Source of the DNA: an uncultured Clostridia bacterium
Lineage (GTDB): Bacteria > Bacillota > Clostridia > JAAYHZ01
Direction: 5' to 3'
Length of the DNA: 64,000 nt
Assembly (NCBI GenBank): GCA_937894465.1
Contig: CALCRE010000293.1
Coordinates: 9,482-73,481 of the forward strand
Position numbers and translations under genes: made by a program. The notes under the pieces are model-generated. The model did not search any database and had not been told where the DNA came from. It saw nothing but the letters and a program-made list of their open reading frames with translations. Positions within the stretch are counted from its first letter, which is position 1, and each line of letters opens with the position of its first letter. Shown here one piece after another: positions 52,376 through 62,203 of this stretch.

Positions 52376-55135
52376 TTATCTTATTGTTAACTGAATAGAG
52401 TCTTGAACTCCAAATACTGATGTATACGTCAAGGTTACTGTCCCGGCTTTTTTGGCACTTAAGTTTCCTGACGAATCTACTGTCATAACCTCAGGGTTCG
52501 ATGATGTAAAGAATCCGTAGGTACTTGGCAATGTCATTGTCGGAACTGTAGTCATCAACATATTAACGCCATATTCATCCAATATACGGAAGTTTAGCCT
52601 TTGGAAGCTTACAACATTTGCATTTCCGTTCACTTCTGCAACTGTAGTTACAATATCAGGGCCAAATTCAATCGTTTTCGGTCCCCTGCTCATGCTCGAA
52701 TTAACAGTTATCTCACATAACAGTTTTGCTCCGTTATATGCTCTCAAAATGGTGCTATCCGTTGCTGTTGCACTTGTGGAATACACTCTCCACGCTGTAC
52801 CATCGTGTGCTGTCACAAATTTAGGATTAGATGATAGCAAGTTTGTTATTTTGTCTTGCTTTAATGCAATTGTCGTTCCATCCGGAGCTTTACCATATAC
52901 AGTCACAGGTCTTGCATAATCACCGGCATTACCTAACCCTGTAAATCCGGAGTTTGCATAGATGGTATTGATCGGGTTGAAGGCAAACAATACGCTATTT
53001 GTCGCTAAATCCACATCATAAACTCTCATGGAAAAAGTATTTTCTGAACCGGGTAAGAAATTACCCGCATTATTAATACCAATGGTAAACGACATGGAAC
53101 CTTCTGTCATTCCTAAGAAGTTAATGGTTCCTGTAGCATTCACCTTATTAAATTGAATGATGTTCCCATCACCAATAATATGGAAATTATCCATTGTCAA
53201 TCCATGAGCTACCGGATCATACGGTCTGCCATATTGGTCAACAATCTTGATAGCGCTCATGGGTAATTGGTATGCAGCTCCTTTTTCTATACCCAAATTT
53301 GCATCTACACCTACTACTGCAGTAGGAACTGCCGGTTCACTTACATTTATTGTCAACGTGTCGATCGGCTTACCTTTCCATAAGTAGTATACGACTGCCG
53401 TTCCTCCTTTGACACCGGAAGGTTTAATATACATTGCTCCGTTAGCTTCTACATATATGTCACTGTTTAATACAATGTCTTGATTTAGAGAATTAATAGT
53501 CATCCATTTATTGATTTCCGTATAGTTTTGGGTCTTCGATAATGCAGATCCGAACTGGTCTGTAATATTGTATGACAACTCGGTAGCTTCACCGGATACA
53601 ACAGAATCATTAGGATAGTAAATTCTTAAGTCCGCAATACCAATAGGATCAAAAATTGAAATAGGTAAACTAGTTACTGAAGCGGAAGCATTACACAATA
53701 CAGATAGATTTACTGTCCCTGCGATACTACCGACATCAACTGTCATTACACCTAAAGAATTGAAATAAATGTTAGTGGTCTTGAGCATATTTTCATTGGA
53801 GGATACAAAAGTCAATCCTTCTTTGTTCTTAATAACCAAGGGATTTCCATATTGATCGTAGGCTTCATACTTTACTACTAATCCTTTTTCATTGGTTACA
53901 ATATTGTTCTTGTTGTTAGCCGGAACAATTTCAATTAACGTAAATGAAGATACGACCGGTTGTTTTATTACTTTTAGGTCAAATTGCCCAACAAGAGTAG
54001 AGGAAACATGCATAACTGTTACAGTTACCGTTTCACCTTCTTTTGCACCAACTGTATTGATAGCCCATGTACTGGGGTTTACCATCAAAGTTGCTCCTGT
54101 GGTTCTATTAAAAGCAGTAATGATATACGCGCTTCTGGCATTAACTTTCATGTCTTTACCGTATTGGTTATATACAACCGGTGTAATGGTTGCATTTTCA
54201 CCAATAAGAATAGTATTAGTCGTTAATTCCATCGTAGTTGGAACGCTTGCCGTAAGGCTAATTTCCAAGGTAGGAATATCACCTACAGTTAAACTATAAG
54301 TACCCGCCATGAACGGCCCTACTCTGGTTATAACTACTTGGGTCCTGTCTGTGCTCCATTTTAGAGTGGTAAATACGCTGGCATTTCCGCTCTTTAATGT
54401 TACGTTAGTACCCACAGGCATTGCTTTATTAAACACAACCGTGATTTCATTGTCATTTGTTGCTTTAGCACTTAAAATAGTTGATCTCGAAATTAAACCG
54501 ATTGAGTCTGCTACACTTGCACTGACCACACCTTGAGAAATCAAGAACTCAGTCAACGTTTCGTTTGTTCCTTTTTTCTTGATAACCATTGCATCAATGA
54601 TGGAAATTGCTACATCATTATTTGTGAGCGATTTACTACCATCAAAGAATCCGACCAATCCTATATTTCTGGAGAAATTCATTACATTATTCCATGTATA
54701 GTCCAAGTCTTGCTTGTAACCCAAAACAGTTGCAAGAACTTTGTTGAATTCTGCGACCGTCATGATTTTATGCGGTAAGAATGTACCGTCAGGATAACCT
54801 CCGAAACCTAAACTAGGATTTGCCTTTAAATATGCCAAACGGCTTGCAAACCATTCATTTCCCGCAATGTCCTTAAAATTGTCTTTTCCTGCGTATGCTT
54901 GAGCTTGATCTTCTTTCCCCATTAACCTTAGAAGAAGCGTAGCTCCTTGCGCTCTTGTAGTTGCAGTCGCCAAATATTGAGCGTTGACACCACTTCCGGA
55001 TCCCAGCAAAACACCTAGTGCTTCACACTTTTGAGCATCAGAAGAGGATGGGGAAACCGCAAAGGTTGGTGCTGAAAAAGCCAGAAGAATGGTCATAGCC
55101 ATTACAACTGCAATTAATTTTCTCATTCTTTTCAT
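52376..55135 (-). CDS. S-layer-like protein, paralog B (SLH-type N-terminus, Ig-like repeats)
   Basis: Signal peptide; TRAQ, FKDI..WF, GYPDGTF SLH-like motifs; repeated NQYG/DQYG/DQFG units; AAGGAGG RBS. Confidence 0.75.
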   Translation of the reverse strand: MKRMRKLIAVVMAMTILLAFSAPTFAVSPSSSDAQKCEALGVLLGSGSGVNAQYLATATTRAQGATLLLRLMGKEDQAQAYAGKDNFKDIAGNEWFASRLAYLKANPSLGFGGYPDGTFLPHKIMTVAEFNKVLATVLGYKQDLDYTWNNVMNFSRNIGLVGFFDGSKSLTNNDVAISIIDAMVIKKKGTNETLTEFLISQGVVSASVADSIGLISRSTILSAKATNDNEITVVFNKAMPVGTNVTLKSGNASVFTTLKWSTDRTQVVITRVGPFMAGTYSLTVGDIPTLEISLTASVPTTMELTTNTILIGENATITPVVYNQYGKDMKVNARSAYIITAFNRTTGATLMVNPSTWAINTVGAKEGETVTVTVMHVSSTLVGQFDLKVIKQPVVSSFTLIEIVPANNKNNIVTNEKGLVVKYEAYDQYGNPLVIKNKEGLTFVSSNENMLKTTNIYFNSLGVMTVDVGSIAGTVNLSVLCNASASVTSLPISIFDPIGIADLRIYYPNDSVVSGEATELSYNITDQFGSALSKTQNYTEINKWMTINSLNQDIVLNSDIYVEANGAMYIKPSGVKGGTAVVYYLWKGKPIDTLTINVSEPAVPTAVVGVDANLGIEKGAAYQLPMSAIKIVDQYGRPYDPVAHGLTMDNFHIIGDGNIIQFNKVNATGTINFLGMTEGSMSFTIGINNAGNFLPGSENTFSMRVYDVDLATNSVLFAFNPINTIYANSGFTGLGNAGDYARPVTVYGKAPDGTTIALKQDKITNLLSSNPKFVTAHDGTAWRVYSTSATATDSTILRAYNGAKLLCEITVNSSMSRGPKTIEFGPDIVTTVAEVNGNANVVSFQRLNFRILDEYGVNMLMTTVPTMTLPSTYGFFTSSNPEVMTVDSSGNLSAKKAGTVTLTYTSVFGVQDSIQLTIR

Positions 55136-55226
55136 GAGTATGTAATCCTCCTTGTAATTTTTAATAAATATTGCACATCTTTTAGACTGCATATTCATCC
55201 CAAATGTTCCCTACTCGTACGAAAAC

Positions 55227-55255
55227 ATTATAGCATTCCCACCTGATATAATCAA
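55227..55255 (-). promoter_or_regulatory. Putative sigma-A promoter of S-layer paralog B
   Basis: TTGATT-17 nt-TATAAT with a TG extension. Confidence 0.7.
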
Positions 55256-55299
55256 TATTTAGCAAAATACGTAACAAACAAGTAATAAAATAAGAATAT

Positions 55300-55330
55300 A
55301 AAAGGCCGCTTGCTTTCACAAGCGACCTTT
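55300..55330 (-). terminator. Terminator after S-layer paralog A
   Basis: Minus strand AAAGGTCGCTTGTGAAAGCAAGCGGCCTTTT. Confidence 0.8.
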
Positions 55331-55377
55331 CATTTGTCACATCGTTTTATCGAAACAACATTCTGCTGTGATTTCGA

Positions 55378-58194
55378 TTACTTTGTTACTTTGAGTATAA
55401 CACTGTCAGTCAATCCTGCGTTGGTAACATAGGTTAGCGTTACTTCACCTGTTCCAACTGCCTCTATCGTGGTTCCGGTTACTTTCAGTATTGAACTGTC
55501 AGATGATGCAAAGAATCCGTTTGCTTCCAGATCGAATACCAATGCAGAAGGTGTAGTTACTGTCAACATGTTTACAGCATATTCATCATTAACTGCAAAT
55601 TTAAGTGTACCGTATCCAGTAGCTAAGTTAAGTGTACCTGTAAATGCCGTTTTATCAGCAACACCGAATACAACAGATTTTATAGCCCTAGTTGTTGTTG
55701 CAGATACATCAGCACTGCACAATAACTTACCGGTTTTATCATATGCTCTTAAAGTAGACGTTTGAGCATCTTTATGGCCGGAGTATATGAACCAACTAGT
55801 TCCATCCTGAACAACCTTTACATTAGCGTTGGAAGAAGTCAACTGATAGATCATACCAGGATTCAATGTAACAACTGTTCCATCATTTGTTGTTCCGATC
55901 AATTTTACTTCTTTTACATACTTTTCAGCTGTAGCTTTGCTGGTAAATAATGCATTGGTATACAACGTCGAAATAGAATCGAACTTGTATGTTACACCGT
56001 TTGCAGCTTTGTTTACATCAACAGCCTTCAATGTGAAGGAGTATGCAGAATCAGCTTTTACAATATTTTTCCCGTCTTTATCGGTCTTCAATGTTCCATC
56101 TGCATTTCTTTCAAATAAGGAAACTGTGTATGTTACAGCACCCTCAGTTGTAGAATTAGCATTGAATGTAAATGTTTTACCTGAAGCTGCTGGATTAGAA
56201 ATGATAGCACCAGTGTCAGGATTGGATTTCCATGCAAAGTCTGAAGTAAGCATCTTGCCATCGACATCATATGGTCTTGCGTATTGATCTACAACTCTTA
56301 TAACTTTCTTATCAATTGTTTGAGGAGCACCCAATTCTATGCCACTATTAATAGCAACATTTTCGATACTTGTCGGTATTGCTTTTGCCCATACATTTAT
56401 TGTAAAGGACCCTAGCAATGCTCCCTTCCAAGAGTAGTATACGGTTATGTATCCTTTGCTTCCATATAAAGGTTTAACTTTCAGAGCACCGTCTTCAATA
56501 ACGAATGAGATCTTAGATTTATCAGTCATAATAGGACTGAATGATAATCCGTTAGTATCGTGTATGATCACATTCTTCTTTTCAAGTTCATTGCCAAATT
56601 GGTCCAAAGCAACGAAACTGATTTCGGTGGTTTCATCTTCCACAACTTCTTTTAAAGCTTCGCCGATAACAACTTTGCTTACAGCAGCAGGATCAAATAC
56701 TGTGATCGGTAAGCTTGTTACTACTGCTGCGGAGTTCACGAGAACGGATAATGTAACAGTTCCAGCCTTTAAGGGCTTGAATGTCAATTTGCCGTCTTTA
56801 TCGAAACGTAAATCTTCAATTTTCAAGATTGTTGAATCCGAAGATATAAATGTCAAGCCTGTACCTGAAGTTACGTTTGTAAAGTCTTTTAATGTCATCG
56901 CATTGCCATATTGGTCATATGCTTGGTACTTAATTTCTACATTGCTGTGGTCAGTGTTAACCATAGTAGCTTTTTCAGGAATAACCACTTCAGTCATAGC
57001 GAATTGGGTAACCTTAGAAGCAAGAACAGCTGTCAATTCAGCTTGACCAACGATTGTTGATTGATGGTGCATAGCTGTAACTGTAATAATTTCATTTTCT
57101 TTAGCTTTGGCTGTATTGATTGTGAACTTGCCGGATCCATCTCCAGATACTAACAATGTAGTTCCGGTTGTCTTATTAAATGCTGTAGCAGAGAAGTTTT
57201 GGCCGGAAATACTCATCTTTTTGCCGTATTGGTTATACAATACAACTTCAAATGTGTCAGTTGTATCAGCCAATATGGTGGATTTGGAGATAGCTAAAGT
57301 TTGTGCTACTTCTTTATCAAACTTAACAGCTGCTTTCATATCGCCAACTGCTAAATCATATGTACCTTCTGTAAATGCGATACTGTTAGCTCTCTTGAGA
57401 ACTACTTGTGTTTTCGCATCATTCCAGGTATTGTTTACGAAAATGCTCATCAATCCGCTCTTAACAGTGATAACGGGTGTGCCTTCAACAGGTTTGCTGA
57501 ATGTAACTGTGATTTCATCAGCATTTGTCGGAACAGCACTTACGATAGCTTGAGCAGTGATCAATCCAGCTGCATTAGCATCAGCAGAGCTGATAATACC
57601 GTCAGCGATTAAGCTGTCAAGTAAAGCAACACCGGATTTCATTTCAGCTTGTAAAGCTTCGAGAATAGCATCAGCCATATCAGCGTTTGTGATAGGAGCT
57701 GACGGGTTTTCAAGAGCAACTAAACCGAGGTCTGCAGCTTTATCAGCTACTTGTGCCCATGTATAGTCAACACCTTGTACATATCCTAATACTGTCAACA
57801 AAACTTTGTAGAATTCAGCACCGGACATTACTTTTCTAGGTTGGAAGGTTCCATCAGGATATCCAACAAATCCAATTGATTCATTTGCCTTTAAATATGC
57901 TAATACAGGAGCAAACCATTCGTTACCGACTACGTCAGTAAAATTGTCTCCTCCAGCATAGGCTAGAGCCTCGTCTTCTTTACCAATTAAGCGTAATAGA
58001 AGAATAGCGCCTTGTACTCTTGTTGTTGCTTGGGAAAGGTATTTATCAGTAATACCATCTCCTTCTCCCTGAAGAATGCCTAGCAATTCGACTTTTTCAG
58101 CATTTGTCAAGCCAGCAGCCATGACAGGTACTGTTAATGTCAGAAGAATAGCTAATGAGAGAGCAACTGCGAGCAGTTTTTTCAAATTCTTCAT
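55378..58194 (-). CDS. S-layer-like protein, paralog A (probable major S-layer protein)
   Basis: Same architecture as paralog B; Ala/Thr/Val/Lys-rich, strong GCT/GTT/ACA codon use; AAGGAGG RBS. Confidence 0.78.
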   Translation of the reverse strand: MKNLKKLLAVALSLAILLTLTVPVMAAGLTNAEKVELLGILQGEGDGITDKYLSQATTRVQGAILLLRLIGKEDEALAYAGGDNFTDVVGNEWFAPVLAYLKANESIGFVGYPDGTFQPRKVMSGAEFYKVLLTVLGYVQGVDYTWAQVADKAADLGLVALENPSAPITNADMADAILEALQAEMKSGVALLDSLIADGIISSADANAAGLITAQAIVSAVPTNADEITVTFSKPVEGTPVITVKSGLMSIFVNNTWNDAKTQVVLKRANSIAFTEGTYDLAVGDMKAAVKFDKEVAQTLAISKSTILADTTDTFEVVLYNQYGKKMSISGQNFSATAFNKTTGTTLLVSGDGSGKFTINTAKAKENEIITVTAMHHQSTIVGQAELTAVLASKVTQFAMTEVVIPEKATMVNTDHSNVEIKYQAYDQYGNAMTLKDFTNVTSGTGLTFISSDSTILKIEDLRFDKDGKLTFKPLKAGTVTLSVLVNSAAVVTSLPITVFDPAAVSKVVIGEALKEVVEDETTEISFVALDQFGNELEKKNVIIHDTNGLSFSPIMTDKSKISFVIEDGALKVKPLYGSKGYITVYYSWKGALLGSFTINVWAKAIPTSIENVAINSGIELGAPQTIDKKVIRVVDQYARPYDVDGKMLTSDFAWKSNPDTGAIISNPAASGKTFTFNANSTTEGAVTYTVSLFERNADGTLKTDKDGKNIVKADSAYSFTLKAVDVNKAANGVTYKFDSISTLYTNALFTSKATAEKYVKEVKLIGTTNDGTVVTLNPGMIYQLTSSNANVKVVQDGTSWFIYSGHKDAQTSTLRAYDKTGKLLCSADVSATTTRAIKSVVFGVADKTAFTGTLNLATGYGTLKFAVNDEYAVNMLTVTTPSALVFDLEANGFFASSDSSILKVTGTTIEAVGTGEVTLTYVTNAGLTDSVILKVTK

Positions 58195-58307
58195 AGTTTG
58201 AAAATCCTCCTTTAAATTTTGGAATGTTTATAAATTTTATAATATTATGCTGCATTCCAATTCACCATAATATATATCCGAGGGGTATCCCCTCAGGTTA
58301 CATGAAG

Positions 58308-58336
58308 AGTATAACACCCATTTTCACTTAAAGCAA
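58308..58336 (-). promoter_or_regulatory. Putative sigma-A promoter of S-layer paralog A
   Basis: TTGCTT-17 nt-TATACT with a TG extension. Confidence 0.65.
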
Positions 58337-58351
58337 CGATTCGATGTCAAG

Positions 58352-58368
58352 TGTAAAAAAACTGTAAT
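58352..58368 (+). promoter_or_regulatory. WalR-box-like direct repeat
   Basis: TGTAAA-aaaac-TGTAAT matches TGTWAH-N5-TGTWAH exactly. Confidence 0.5.
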
Positions 58369-58470
58369 ACAATGAAATAACTATGTTACAATTGAAACAA
58401 GCTTCCAAAGGTAGGGCTTATATGTATGGTTTTCCATGATTCAACTTGCTTGGCACCCACCTATACTCAC

Positions 58471-58629
58471 TTCTCCACAGAAAAATAATTACATTTTTCT
58501 GTAGTAATCTTATCTAGTTATCCACAGGTAAAAACCGAATAAAAAACGGCTTAAACACCTACAGCCAAGCCGATCTTACATTCACAACCATTTAGTTACT
58601 CACACCCCTGTGGATAAGTTTTATCTACT
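58471..58629. promoter_or_regulatory. DnaA-box cluster
   Basis: Perfect TTATCCACA (58518-58526) and TGTGGATAA (58609-58617); near matches TTCTCCACA (58471), ACATTCACA (58578), TTACTCACA (58596), TTATCTACT (58621). Confidence 0.65.
58541..58572 (-). terminator. Terminator of the nad operon
   Basis: Minus strand CGGCTT...AAGCCG-TTTTTT. Confidence 0.6.
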
Positions 58630-58634
58630 TGCTT

Positions 58635-59471
58635 TTATTCAAACCGAAGGCTTATATCCAAGGCTTTTACCGAATGTGTAATGGCTCCCACAGAAATAAT
58701 ATCCACACCTGTTTGTGCAATTTCCCGGACAGTCAATAACGTAACATTTCCTGATGCTTCCACCAGAGCCCTTCCGTTAATAAATAGAACACACTTTTTC
58801 ATTTGCTCACAATTCATATTGTCCAGCATAATGATGTCGGCTTTGGCTGCAACAGCTTCCTCTACTTGTTCAAAGCTTTCTGTTTCCACTTCTATTTTTA
58901 CCGTATGGGGAATTTTATTTCTAATGATGGATATTGCATTGCGGATCCCGCCTGCCGCAGATATGTGATTGTCCTTAATCAAAACAGCATCTGACAATCC
59001 ATAACGGTGATTTTGGCCTCCTCCGGTTACAACTGCATACTTGTCCAATGTACGTAATCCGGGTACAGTCTTTCTAGTATCCACAATGCGAACCGTCAAT
59101 CCTGCAACTGCCTCTACATACATGGATGTGGCCGTTGCAATCCCCGACATCCTTTGTAACAAATTAAGCGCAGTTCTCTCAGCCTTTAGAACAGATGCGG
59201 TTTTTCCGGAGATATAGGCAATAATGTCACCCTTCTTTACTTTTTCTCCGTCTTGAACCAATGCCTTCACCTCAACATTAGAATCCACCAGTTCAAAGAC
59301 TCTTTTCGCTACATCCATTCCGGCTATTACACCTGTTTCTTTACTGATCAGACGAGCTTTCGTCGTGTATTCATCATTAAGAAGATTGTCTGTTGTTATA
59401 TCTCCGTAAGGCATATCTTCCCGCAATGCATTTTGAATGATTTCATCTATATATAATGGATCAAGCTTCAT
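58635..59471 (-). CDS. nadC: Quinolinate phosphoribosyltransferase
   Basis: ERTALN, DTRKT, HRYGLSD, IKDNH, IMLDN, EASG. Confidence 0.96.
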   Translation of the reverse strand: MKLDPLYIDEIIQNALREDMPYGDITTDNLLNDEYTTKARLISKETGVIAGMDVAKRVFELVDSNVEVKALVQDGEKVKKGDIIAYISGKTASVLKAERTALNLLQRMSGIATATSMYVEAVAGLTVRIVDTRKTVPGLRTLDKYAVVTGGGQNHRYGLSDAVLIKDNHISAAGGIRNAISIIRNKIPHTVKIEVETESFEQVEEAVAAKADIIMLDNMNCEQMKKCVLFINGRALVEASGNVTLLTVREIAQTGVDIISVGAITHSVKALDISLRFE

Positions 59472-61068
59472 ATCGCACTTCCTTTCCTATTTCCCGGATA
59501 ATACTTTTCTTCCACTTGTCATCTGTTTCTTTAAAATCTGAACGGAAATGTCCTCCTCTGCTTTCTTCCCGAAGCAATGCGTTTTCGATGATAATTTCCG
59601 CTAATTGGAGCATGTTACAGATTTCAAAATGGGCCGGCAGAACAGGTTCCTTGTTTTCTACCGTTTTCATATGTACCCTGATCAATTTCAAAGCCGTTTC
59701 AAGACCTTCTCTGTTTCGGATGATTCCCACATACATAGTCATGATTTCACGAATTTTTTCCTTGATTTTTAATGAATCAGAATCAAATTGATCGGTATAT
59801 ACCGGTAAATTAACATCCTTTACTTCTATATTTATATAATCCGTTTTACTTTGATTGATCTTCTGAGCGATTTTACCTCCGAATACCAAGCCTTCCAACA
59901 AAGAGTTGCTTGCAAGTCTATTGGCTCCGTGTATTCCGGTACAAGCCGCTTCCCCGCATGCGTAATACCCCTTTATATTGGTTTGTCCCCATATATCAGT
60001 TTCTATGCCACCCATGCAGTAATGTTCCGCCGGGGCAACGGGTATATAATCTTTGGACATATCAATTCCATATCCATAGCATGTCTTATAAATATTTGGG
60101 AATCTATTAACCAAATATTCCTTGCTTTTAAATGTTATATCAAGAAACTCGTTCTCAACATTTTCTTTTTGCATTTCGGAGAAAATCGCTCTTGCCACCA
60201 CATCCCTCGGGGCAAGCTCTTGCAGTTGATGGTATCGGCTCATAAATCTCTCGCCTTTTTGATTTCTAAGAACTGCACCTTCTCCTCTGACGGCTTCAGA
60301 TATCAAAAAGTGTTTGTCCATCGGATGATGCAAAACAGTAGGATGAAATTGTACAAATTCCATGTCGGCCAATACGGCTCCGGCACGATATGACATGCAC
60401 ACACCGTCCCCTGTGGCTATTTCAGGGTTGGTTGTCATGGAATACAGCCTGCCGAATCCACCGGCGGCACATATAATATTATTAGAAACAAAAATGACGT
60501 AGTCACCTTTCTTTTCATCAAATGCCAAGATGCCTTTTGCCTCCTGATCCTCTACAATTAAATCAATGGCAAATATCTTCTCCCTGAATGATATATTTTC
60601 TCTTTCCTTCGCTACGGAAACAAGTTTGTCACAAACTTCTTTTCCGGTGGTGTCACCTGCATGGATGATTCTGTTTTTGCTGTGCGCAGCCTCTCGGCCG
60701 AATGAAAGTTCCTCTTTGCTTTTACGGTCAAATTGAACACCATATTCAAACAACCGATCAATTCGTTCGGCTGCTTCGTTCACCAAAACCCAAACACTTT
60801 CACTCTTGCACAATCCTGCACCGGCAAAAAGAGTATCATTGTAATGCAATACCGGAGAATCACCCTTGTCCAATGAAACGGCAATTCCCCCCTGGGCTAA
60901 TACCGAATTATTTATATCAATAGTTTCTTTGGTAAGGATCACGGTCTTTTTATCCGGGTTCAAACTTAGGGCAGTATACACCCCTGCTATTCCGCTTCCG
61001 ATGATTACTACATCATAATAAACCTTTTCAATATCTGAAAAGTTTTTGTTTAACAAATATCTTTGCAT
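59461..61068 (-). CDS. nadB: L-aspartate oxidase
   Basis: GSGIAG, AQGGIA, QFHPT, LISEAVRGEG, HGANRLASNSLLEG. Confidence 0.96.
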   Translation of the reverse strand: MQRYLLNKNFSDIEKVYYDVVIIGSGIAGVYTALSLNPDKKTVILTKETIDINNSVLAQGGIAVSLDKGDSPVLHYNDTLFAGAGLCKSESVWVLVNEAAERIDRLFEYGVQFDRKSKEELSFGREAAHSKNRIIHAGDTTGKEVCDKLVSVAKERENISFREKIFAIDLIVEDQEAKGILAFDEKKGDYVIFVSNNIICAAGGFGRLYSMTTNPEIATGDGVCMSYRAGAVLADMEFVQFHPTVLHHPMDKHFLISEAVRGEGAVLRNQKGERFMSRYHQLQELAPRDVVARAIFSEMQKENVENEFLDITFKSKEYLVNRFPNIYKTCYGYGIDMSKDYIPVAPAEHYCMGGIETDIWGQTNIKGYYACGEAACTGIHGANRLASNSLLEGLVFGGKIAQKINQSKTDYINIEVKDVNLPVYTDQFDSDSLKIKEKIREIMTMYVGIIRNREGLETALKLIRVHMKTVENKEPVLPAHFEICNMLQLAEIIIENALLREESRGGHFRSDFKETDDKWKKSIIREIGKEVRYEA

Positions 61069-61079
61069 ATACTTCTTCC

Positions 61080-62000
61080 TTAAGAAAGCTCTAACATTCT
61101 TTCTAAGCTTCTTCTTGCTTTCTTTATAATTTCGTCCCCTAATAGTATCTCATGTTTCATTTCATTCAGAGCATTGTACACATCTATCGGCCCGGTCTTT
61201 TTCATATTAACACACAGCAAACAAGAAGACGGGAAGAAGAGCTCTACATTTGGCTTTACTTTTTTAATGGGGTGTTCCACACCTTTTTCAGTAGCAATAA
61301 TATAAGCTTTTTGATCCGGTCCGCTCACCACATAATCAATAATCGCCTTTGTACTTCCGATGAAATCCGCATGATTCAACACACCCGTGTTGCATTCGGG
61401 ATGAGCTAACACCGTTGCATCAGGTCTTAATTGCTTCCATTTTAATATGTCTTTTTCTTTCAGTGCTTCATGCACAATACAATAACCATCCCATAAAATG
61501 ATATTTTTTTCTGGAATCTGCTTGGCAATATAGGAACCTAAGTTTCTGTCCGGCACGAAAATAATATCCTTTTCTTTTATTGAAGATATAACTTTTAATG
61601 CATTGGAAGAGGTGACACAAACATCACATTCCGCTTTGACCTCTGCAGTGGAGTTGATATAACACACAGCTGCCGCATTCGGATGCTTTTTCTTCATCAT
61701 CCTGACATCTTCGCCGGTCACCATATTTGCCATAGGACATCCCGCAGCTTCAACCGGTAACAGCACCGTCTTATCAGGAGATAATAACTTGGCACTTTCG
61801 GCCATAAATCTTACGCCGCAAAAAACAATGACGTCTTCCTCCACATTACTGACAAATTTGCTTAACGCGTAGGAATCTCCGGTTTTGTCCGCTATTTCTT
61901 GAACCTCACCTTGTTGATACGTGTGAGCTACAATTACTGCGTTTCTTTCCTTTTTCAGTTCCTGTATTCCCGCAACAATCTGATCAAGACTCATATTCAT
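61080..62000 (-). CDS. nadA: Quinolinate synthase
   Basis: AHTYQ, FCGVRFMAE, GCPMA, YINS, CIVH, AHPEC, CVNMK. Confidence 0.96.
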   Translation of the reverse strand: MNMSLDQIVAGIQELKKERNAVIVAHTYQQGEVQEIADKTGDSYALSKFVSNVEEDVIVFCGVRFMAESAKLLSPDKTVLLPVEAAGCPMANMVTGEDVRMMKKKHPNAAAVCYINSTAEVKAECDVCVTSSNALKVISSIKEKDIIFVPDRNLGSYIAKQIPEKNIILWDGYCIVHEALKEKDILKWKQLRPDATVLAHPECNTGVLNHADFIGSTKAIIDYVVSGPDQKAYIIATEKGVEHPIKKVKPNVELFFPSSCLLCVNMKKTGPIDVYNALNEMKHEILLGDEIIKKARRSLERMLELS

Positions 62001-62040
62001 AACATCATTGTTCCTTTCAAAATATCTAAAGATTATGAAC

Positions 62041-62069
62041 ATTTTAATATGTATCCACCATTTTGTAAA
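62041..62069 (-). promoter_or_regulatory. Putative sigma-A promoter of nadABC
   Basis: TTTACA-17 nt-TAAAAT on the minus strand. Confidence 0.6.
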
Positions 62070-62108
62070 GATTGATTCCGCTTAGTAACTTGCACCTCAC
62101 AATAATAA

Positions 62109-62146
62109 TTAACAAAAGTCCCGCTCTCCGATATGGATGCGGGACT
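62109..62146 (-). terminator. Intrinsic terminator downstream of the rRNA-like element
   Basis: Minus strand AGTCCCGC...GCGGGACT-TTTGTT. Confidence 0.75.
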
Positions 62147-62153
62147 CACTTTT

Positions 62154-62203
62154 GGATTCGGCTACCCGGCTGTGCATCCGGCGATACAACCGACACACCG
62201 GTG
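62154..62203 (-). rRNA. Isolated ~50-nt fragment resembling 23S rRNA helix 96 (not a gene)
   Basis: CACCGGTGTGTCGGTTGTATCGCCGGATGCACAGCCGGGTAGCCGAATCC aligns with recalled E. coli CACTGGTGTTCGGGTTGTCATGCCAATGGCACTGCCCGGTAGCTAAATGC; pairings TGTATC/GATGCA, TCGG/CCGG and CGGT/GCCG are kept. Confidence 0.7.

Noticed and set aside
58471..58629. oriC
   Set aside because: No dnaA/dnaN/rpmH nearby and gene orientation does not switch
47541..60393. Long antisense ORFs (e.g. 47541-48149, 56447-57046, 59851-60393)
   Set aside because: Shadows of well-supported opposite-strand genes, with no RBS or recognisable motifs
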